Source: an archaeon
GTDB lineage: Archaea; Nanobdellota; Nanobdellia; Pacearchaeales; GW2011-AR1
Assembly (NCBI GenBank): GCA_043821585.1
Contig: JBDRCQ010000015.1
Span: 2,909 to 66,908, forward strand
DNA: 64,000 nucleotides
Direction: 5' to 3'
This document shows positions 55,878-64,000 of the stretch, in pieces. The notes under the pieces were generated by a model. It had not been told where the DNA came from, ran no database searches, and saw only the letters and a program-made list of their open reading frames with translations. Each line of letters opens with the position of its first letter. The first letter of the stretch is position 1. The translations under genes and the position numbers were made by a program.

Positions 55878-58739
55878 TCAGTAAACATATTCCCTACAAA
55901 ACTCGCAGTTCTTCTCTATTGGGCAAGACTTGAATCCTTTTGCGTAGGCTTCTTTTATTTTATTTCCTGTTTCTATGAGTTCGGCTTCGACTTCGTGGAG
56001 GTTAAATGCAAGGCGATTTGATTGGGCGTTTATTACATCGCCGTTTTCTTTGATAGTGTATTCTAACAACTGAGGGCTCTGAAAGACGTCAAGCGTGAGT
56101 TTCTTTACTTTTCCAAGAGGCCTTGCAGCGAGTGCATAATATCCAAGCTGCCAGTTTCTTTTTTTACCTGAAGGGACTGTTTTGCCTGTTTTGTAATCGA
56201 TTATCTCTAAGCCATCTTGGAAGTGGTCGATGCGGTCCGCGACACCCATAAATTTCAGGCCAGAGATTTCTGTGAAAAGTTTCTTTTCGGTTAAAGAATC
56301 TGGGGAGTATTTATTTTTGTTTCTGTCGTAAAAAACTTTGATTAATGGCAGGGCTTCTTCCAGTTCGACTGATTCCCATTCTTCTTTATTTTTTAGGTCT
56401 TTTGCTAGGTTGATAAATGCCTCGAGTGTTGTGAATTTTGATTTGACTCCTTTTTCTAGAATTATGTGGATGAAGGAGCCCATTTTTATTGCGTCCCAGG
56501 AGGTTGTTATCTTCTCGGGCATGTTGTAGACGTATTTATATTCAAACTTTTTTTGGCAGTCTTCGAATAAGTTTAGTGCGGATGGGGAAAGGGTTCTTTC
56601 TGAAGAGACTTTGATTTCTCTTGGCAAGGTTGTTGAGATATTAGGTTCTATTGTTATTGCTTTTTCTTCTAGGTCTTGAGAGAATTCAATATCTGGATTT
56701 TCTTTATAATTTATTTCTTCAAAGAATCTAGAAGGGGCTGATTTTTTGCTCGCGTATTCTTGTGCGAAAGTTATTATTAATTCTGATTTTGATCTTGTGA
56801 AGGAAACGTAACATAATCTTCTTTCTTCGAAGAGCAAGTGTTTGCGTTCGTAATCTTCGAGGTCTATTGATTGGTCTTGGAAGAGCTCGTTCGGGAGGAG
56901 TTTGTTTTTCGTGATGCGTTCTAAAGGGAATCTTTTTTGAGCGAGGTTTGTCAAAATTATTGTTTCGAATTCGAGGCCCTTTGTCGAATGGGATGTCATG
57001 AGGCGGACACCTTTGTCTTCGATTCTTGCTGTTTCGAGCGTGATGTTAAGTGTGTTGAGGATTTCAAGATGATTTATGAAATCTGTTAACTTGCCTGCAT
57101 GAGTTTCAGCATACTTTTTTGCAAATTCTTGAAATTTGTTTATGTTTAGTAATGCTTCTTTGTCTACTTTCGTGAAGTCTTCTGAGGTGAAGCCGCAAAC
57201 GTTGCATGCTTTTGTGATTATCTCTTCTAGAGAGTTGCCGTTTTCAGGGATTAATGATTTTATTCTTGAGAAAATCGTTTTTAGTTTGATTTCTCCTAGT
57301 TCTGAGAGATTTAGATTTTGTAAGGTTGTGAAGATCTTGACGTTGTAGTTTTCTGAATCGCGGTTTTCCTTAAGAAACGTGGTTATTTTTATGAAGTCTT
57401 CTTTTAGAAATTCTTCTTCGTGAACTGAATCCCACCAGGAATTCCAACCTTTGTTGTTTTTGTCTATAAGATTTGAGACAATGGAGAGATATGAAACTAT
57501 CTTCTTTATGGAATTTTGTTTCAGTAGGGATTCTTGGCCAACTGAGTGGAAGGGGACTTGTGAATCGCTTAGGGCTTTTTTTATCATAGCAAGTTGCTGA
57601 TGGGTTCTTGCCATTACGCAGATTTCTTCTAGCGTTTCTTTGTTTGCTATTTTTTCCTTTATTATTTCTACAACCTTACGTGCTTCCTCTTTGCTGTTTT
57701 TTGTTTCTATTATTCTTATGTTTTTACCTTCTTTTTTGTGGGCGTTTTGAACTTCAAAGCAGTCTTCTTCTGAGGCATAGTTGTTTTTGATTAGTGTGTG
57801 GGCAATTCTTAGAATTTTATTTGGTGAACGGTAAGACTTTTCTAGGCTGAATATGTCTTGAGGGGCGACGTTAAATGTTTTTTTGAACCAGTCAATATTT
57901 GCTTCGTATGCTCCTCTGAAACGGTAGATAGATTGGTTCATGTCTCCGACTACGGTGATGTTCCTTTTTGGAGAGATTAACTTCAGGAGTTCTAATTGGA
58001 TTCTGTTTGTGTCTTGAAATTCGTCTACGATTATGTACTCAAACTTTCCTGAGATGCTAGGGTTTTTCTTAAGTAATTCAACTGCTTTGTTGTTTAGGTC
58101 CGAGTAATCTAGAGCGTTCTTTTGTTCTTTTATTTTTTCATAGGCTTCAAAGATTGAAATGAATCTTGACAGGTCTATTAGTTCCCTTATGCGGATTGCT
58201 TCGTCAGCTATCTTTTTCTTTTTTACTTTATCTTTTTCGATGAGTAGTTCTGTTTGGATTGTTTCAAGATCGTCTTTTAGGTTTTGAATTGGTTTGTTAT
58301 GGGTTTTTTCTTTTAGGTGATTTTGCAGTTTTTGAATTGTTACTCCGAGATCTTTTGCTTTTCCGATGGTGTCGATGTAGCGATGACAGTTCATTGGTGG
58401 GACTCTAAGGTTTGTGTGGAGAAGGATTTTGGAGTCGTCTGGGGTGAGGGTTTGAAAGTTTTGTTTTTCCTTGGGGAGATGCTCTTTCAGCAAATAGGCT
58501 GAGAATGAATGGAATGTTTTTACTGTCGGTTCTTGTTCTACGTCTGGGAGTGCGGCTCTAATGCGGGAGGCGAGGTTGTTTGCGGCTTCGTTTGAAAAGG
58601 TTATACAGGCGATTTTTTCTGGTTTGTAGATCTTGCCTTGGATTAGGTGTTTTACTTTTTCCACCATTAATCTGGTTTTGCCGGTGCCTGCTCCAGCTAG
58701 TACGATGCAAGGGCCTGTTGTTTTTTTGAGGACGTCCAT
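55878..58739 (-). CDS. UvrD/Rep helicase fused to a PD-(D/E)xK nuclease with probable Fe-S cluster (AdnAB/AddA-like)
   Basis: AGAGTGKT, VDEFQD, VGDMNQSIYRFRGA, SYRS, HSTKGLEF, EERRL.YV..TR; SPSAL...C, ADRID, IIDYKTG, QL..Y, C.....C..C. Confidence 0.93.
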   Translation of the reverse strand: MDVLKKTTGPCIVLAGAGTGKTRLMVEKVKHLIQGKIYKPEKIACITFSNEAANNLASRIRAALPDVEQEPTVKTFHSFSAYLLKEHLPKEKQNFQTLTPDDSKILLHTNLRVPPMNCHRYIDTIGKAKDLGVTIQKLQNHLKEKTHNKPIQNLKDDLETIQTELLIEKDKVKKKKIADEAIRIRELIDLSRFISIFEAYEKIKEQKNALDYSDLNNKAVELLKKNPSISGKFEYIIVDEFQDTNRIQLELLKLISPKRNITVVGDMNQSIYRFRGAYEANIDWFKKTFNVAPQDIFSLEKSYRSPNKILRIAHTLIKNNYASEEDCFEVQNAHKKEGKNIRIIETKNSKEEARKVVEIIKEKIANKETLEEICVMARTHQQLAMIKKALSDSQVPFHSVGQESLLKQNSIKKIVSYLSIVSNLIDKNNKGWNSWWDSVHEEEFLKEDFIKITTFLKENRDSENYNVKIFTTLQNLNLSELGEIKLKTIFSRIKSLIPENGNSLEEIITKACNVCGFTSEDFTKVDKEALLNINKFQEFAKKYAETHAGKLTDFINHLEILNTLNITLETARIEDKGVRLMTSHSTKGLEFETIILTNLAQKRFPLERITKNKLLPNELFQDQSIDLEDYERKHLLFEERRLCYVSFTRSKSELIITFAQEYASKKSAPSRFFEEINYKENPDIEFSQDLEEKAITIEPNISTTLPREIKVSSERTLSPSALNLFEDCQKKFEYKYVYNMPEKITTSWDAIKMGSFIHIILEKGVKSKFTTLEAFINLAKDLKNKEEWESVELEEALPLIKVFYDRNKNKYSPDSLTEKKLFTEISGLKFMGVADRIDHFQDGLEIIDYKTGKTVPSGKKRNWQLGYYALAARPLGKVKKLTLDVFQSPQLLEYTIKENGDVINAQSNRLAFNLHEVEAELIETGNKIKEAYAKGFKSCPIEKNCEFCREYVY

Positions 58740-58779
58740 TTAGATAATATTAAATACCTGATCTATCTCTTTTTAGTGT

Positions 58780-60775
<1,996 letters not shown>

Positions 60776-60858
60776 CTATAAAGGCGCGGGGGGTTTATAA
60801 TGATTTATGTGGTCTTATTCTTCTTAACGTTTAAATAACTTCTTCGCTGGGAAATTGT

Positions 60859-61881
60859 ATGAAAAGAGTTGTTGTTATCGGGGGCGGTTTTGCCGGAAGT
60901 TTGGTTGCTAAGAAGTTAGAGCGAGAGTTTGATTTAACCTTGATTGATACGAAAGATTATTTTGAGTTCACACCAGGGGTTTTGAGATTTTTAGTTGAGC
61001 CTGAGCGTGCGCAAAAAATTCAAGTTTTGCATTCTCAATATCTGAAAATGGCAAAAATTGTTGTTGGAGAAGTTAAGAAAGTCGATGAAAGGAAAGTCTA
61101 TGTGGAGAAGAAAGAACTGCTTTATGATTATCTTGTCATTTGTTCAGGGAGTCGGTATGAATTGCCTTTTAAGGAACAGGGTGTTGTTGTCGCCTCCAGA
61201 GGAAAGAGTTTGATTGACAGTTGTGATCGGCTGAAGAATGCGAAAAGGGTTGTGTTGGTTGGGGGAGGGTTAGTTGGTGTTGAACTGGCTGGCGAAATTG
61301 TTGGTATGTATGGGGGAAAAAAGAAAATTACAATTATTCATTCTGGCGAACAGTTAATTGAACGAAATGGTAAAAGGGCTGTTGTGTATGTTGAACGTTA
61401 TTTGAAAGGGAAGGGTGTTGAGGTCGTTTATGGTAAAAGGGTTCAAAATGTGAAAAATGGATTTTGTTTGACTGATAAAGGGACAAAATTTAAGGCAGAC
61501 ATGGTGTTTTTGTGTACTGGGATAACACCGAATTTTGAGTTTTTGCCTTGTGAGTGGCTTGATGGAAAAGGGGTCGGAGTGAATGAGTTCTTGCAGGTTC
61601 GTGGTAGGGAGGGTATTTTTGCGGCAGGAGATGTAACTTCTGTTGTTGAAGAAAAGACTGCACAGAACGCTGAGAAGCAAGCAGAAGTTGTTGTTCGGAA
61701 CATTTGCGCTTTAGATGCTGGTAATCATTTGGAGAGATATATAAATAAGAGAAGGCCGATTTTGATTTCATTGGGAGAGGGCCAGGGGGTTTTGGACTCT
61801 TCAGGGTTGGTTTTGACAGGCAGGATTCCTGCTGTAATGAAGTTGTTTGTGGAATGGAACGAGATGCGGAAGAAGAGATAG
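60859..61881 (+). CDS. FAD/NAD(P)-dependent oxidoreductase (AIFM2/FSP1/NDH-2-like)
   Basis: IGGGFAG, YDYLVICSGS, VGGGLVGVELAGEI, VNEFLQV, FAAGD. Confidence 0.88.
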   Translation: MKRVVVIGGGFAGSLVAKKLEREFDLTLIDTKDYFEFTPGVLRFLVEPERAQKIQVLHSQYLKMAKIVVGEVKKVDERKVYVEKKELLYDYLVICSGSRYELPFKEQGVVVASRGKSLIDSCDRLKNAKRVVLVGGGLVGVELAGEIVGMYGGKKKITIIHSGEQLIERNGKRAVVYVERYLKGKGVEVVYGKRVQNVKNGFCLTDKGTKFKADMVFLCTGITPNFEFLPCEWLDGKGVGVNEFLQVRGREGIFAAGDVTSVVEEKTAQNAEKQAEVVVRNICALDAGNHLERYINKRRPILISLGEGQGVLDSSGLVLTGRIPAVMKLFVEWNEMRKKR

Positions 61882-61943
61882 TGTTATTTCTTTAAAGTGG
61901 TAAGAAACAAAATGTTTAAATATCGGTTTTCTGAGAAGGGTTT

Positions 61944-63401
61944 ATGGCTAGAGATAGAAAACTTGAGGCAGTGGATTCCGCAGCCAGCAAGCTAATTGCA
62001 AAGGCAAGGGAAGTTGCGACTCCGTTAGATGGCCGTTTTGCAAGGCAGGTAGAAGATCTTGAAGGACAAATTGGCGGGGTTTATGCAGCCTATGCAGATA
62101 AATTGGCTCATCAGCAAGAACGTGGTGCAGCAGATATAGCCCATGGTATTGCGGCTAGCAGATGGTCTTATTTTTCAGATTATTTCCCGGAAGAACCTGG
62201 AGAGGTTAAGGCTTCTTTTGGCGGCGGAAATGACGGAGTCAGGATTACATTGAAGTATAGTGGTGTGCCAAACGGAAGTATTTGGTCACGCATTAGTAGA
62301 AATGGTGGGAAAAAAGTGACGCTTAATGCTGAAATGCAGTATTATGGTGAGACTAGAATGCTTGCTCCTTTAGAAATTGATATTCCAAGTGATGGTAAGA
62401 GGAGAGAAGGAGATGATTTTGAGATGAAGGTTGCTACTTATCTTCATGATGTTGCTATTAATGCTGTAACAGAGCTTGTTTCTAGGACGAAGGCAGAACC
62501 TAAGCAATTGCTTGATCGGGTGGGAGATTTTGCCTGGTTTGAGGCAGATCTTGTTTTGGGAGCTTCTAACATGCTTCGCACTACTGCTGTGGCCAGGGAG
62601 TTTCTTGTTTTACAAGGCAAGGATGCTTTGGGTGAGGCTATTAGGGCGGGGAATGCTACTTATGAGGAGGGTGCTGCAGCTGCAAGGGCTGAACTCGAGA
62701 AGGGAGTTTCAGAACTTAAGAGATGTGCTGCAACGTTGGAAAAAGATTTAAGTGTTAAGCTTGCTGCAGTTGATGGAGATCTTAACGCGCACCAGGCTGC
62801 AGTCGTGGCAGGTTTAGATGCGGCTAAGGCTGAAATTTTAGAGAGATTGGGAACTTATGAAACTGAAAGACGGCAGGGGTTGGATGTGGAGCTTTTGACT
62901 GCTGTCAGGGCAGAGCAAAGCAGGCTTGAAAAGGAGGTTGGTAGGCAGAAGAGCGAGCTGCAAACCTTGAATGCTGCGATTGCGGCTAGGCGGGGTGAGC
63001 CGAATGCAGTTGGAGTTTATCTTCTTGGGGAGATGGATAGGTTCTTTCCGGATTATAACCCTGAAAGGACAGAGTATGATGTAACTCCTGAGAAGAGAGC
63101 TGAACAAGTAGGAGTTCTTTCTAAGGCTCTTGGGGATAATAGCGCTTTGCTTAATGAGAAAGATGCTGTTCAAGTTTTGGCAGTGTTGACTAGGAACGTT
63201 CAGGGCTCTGGGCATGCTGGAATGCATAATGCTATTGATATGAGGTCTTTAGTTGATGAAGTAAAATGGGTAGCTTCAAGGCTAGGTCATGAGCATGTAG
63301 GAGATGTCGTTGATAGGATTAATTCTACCGGAAAGAATGGTCGAAGAAAGATCGCTTTCGGTGAAATGCAAAAGGTTGTTAGGGCAGTGGTTGGCAAGTA
63401 A
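61944..63401 (+). CDS. Hypothetical coiled-coil protein
   Basis: 485-aa ORF after TTTAAATA; long Ala/Glu/Leu heptads. Confidence 0.75.
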   Translation: MARDRKLEAVDSAASKLIAKAREVATPLDGRFARQVEDLEGQIGGVYAAYADKLAHQQERGAADIAHGIAASRWSYFSDYFPEEPGEVKASFGGGNDGVRITLKYSGVPNGSIWSRISRNGGKKVTLNAEMQYYGETRMLAPLEIDIPSDGKRREGDDFEMKVATYLHDVAINAVTELVSRTKAEPKQLLDRVGDFAWFEADLVLGASNMLRTTAVAREFLVLQGKDALGEAIRAGNATYEEGAAAARAELEKGVSELKRCAATLEKDLSVKLAAVDGDLNAHQAAVVAGLDAAKAEILERLGTYETERRQGLDVELLTAVRAEQSRLEKEVGRQKSELQTLNAAIAARRGEPNAVGVYLLGEMDRFFPDYNPERTEYDVTPEKRAEQVGVLSKALGDNSALLNEKDAVQVLAVLTRNVQGSGHAGMHNAIDMRSLVDEVKWVASRLGHEHVGDVVDRINSTGKNGRRKIAFGEMQKVVRAVVGK

Positions 63402-63403
63402 TT

Positions 63404-63829
63404 TTAATCTAAGCACCTTAGCTTTTCAGCGAACAGTTCTTCTAACTCTCCTTGGCCCATACTATTTCTTTCTGGAACCTCTAAGCAAACAATTTCTCCG
63501 GCGTAGCCTGTTGCGTGACGTATTTGTGCCTCCATTCTATGTTCCATTGTAAAAATCTGGTCTGCCCCGAGGATCGTTGTATGTATGGTTCCTACTCGAT
63601 CTACATATCTCTGAAAATTTATATCTAGTTCCATTTGATAGGGGCGGCCGTGCGTTCCGGCCATGTGGGCTGCTTCCATTTTTTCAATATCTAGGAGGCT
63701 CACGAGGCCGTGAATCCCAAGGTGGCCGATTTTTGGGTGTTTCCCTTGAAGGGCATACTTATGTTTTAGAGCATGGGCTGCGGCAGTGCTTCTATGAGTA
63801 CCATGTGTATCAACAAATAAGTAGAACAT
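63404..63829 (-). CDS. Low-molecular-weight PTP-like fold protein lacking the catalytic Cys
   Basis: YLFVDTHGTHRSTAA (cf. FVCx5RS), ADQIFTME, CLEVPE. Confidence 0.55.
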   Translation of the reverse strand: MFYLFVDTHGTHRSTAAAHALKHKYALQGKHPKIGHLGIHGLVSLLDIEKMEAAHMAGTHGRPYQMELDINFQRYVDRVGTIHTTILGADQIFTMEHRMEAQIRHATGYAGEIVCLEVPERNSMGQGELEELFAEKLRCLD

Positions 63830-63933
63830 TGGATTAATTTTTGGAGGGGAGGGTTTTTAAGGCTATTGGATTAGTTTTTTGTCGTGTATATGCCAAGAAT
63901 AAATTTTATAAGTGTTAACTTTTTTTAAGAATT

Positions 63934-64000
63934 ATGCTAGGGACATATGAACAAGGGATTATGCTGCTTAGGGATAGAATTATTGCTGAGCGTTATGTTA
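63934..64000 (+). CDS. Start of an ORF running off the window
   Basis: TTTTATAA about 25 nt before ATG; MLGTYEQGIMLLRDRIIAERYV... Confidence 0.45.
   Translation, partial: MLGTYEQGIMLLRDRIIAERYV

Noticed and set aside
55878..56600. Cas4-like nuclease suggesting a CRISPR system
   Set aside because: It is the C-terminal nuclease of a UvrD fusion; no array or other cas genes are present

Overview
Archaeal chromosomal window, very probably from a DPANN archaeon of the Pacearchaeota/Woesearchaeota type. The evidence is archaeal-type aIF5B, GluRS, PheRS, Rpp30, Fcf1-type PIN and class III-signal pilins, plus TATA boxes about 25 nt before mostly leaderless starts. Core genes (infB, cysS, gltX, pheS/pheT, rpsJ, pyrG, pyrH, purA, gdhA, ogg, a UvrD-nuclease, tRNA-Ser, tRNA-Trp) are interleaved with many small accessory insertions. 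No CRISPR array, rRNA, integrase or intact transposase was seen. Highlights: (1) two unrelated NYN/LabA-DUF88 RNase genes each begin with a structured 5' RNA, and an orphan promoter-plus-hairpin copy lies next to tRNA-Trp, suggesting a candidate RNA-controlled NYN nuclease module; (2) a thymidylate operon of tandem-domain ThyX, a ParB/Srx-like DGxHR protein, a second TMK, a HAD and a NUDIX, next to a frameshifted canonical tmk; (3) a family of short non-autonomous elements with GGCTCTGT inverted ends and 9-bp target duplications; (4) repeated duplication of gene or tRNA boundaries around inserted cargo, and ATGA-coupled cassettes inside core operons; (5) a bacterial-type DUF6384-like/coiled-coil gene pair, an unannotated pdaD remnant and unannotated small ORFs. 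All family calls come from motif recognition by eye; no database searches were run.
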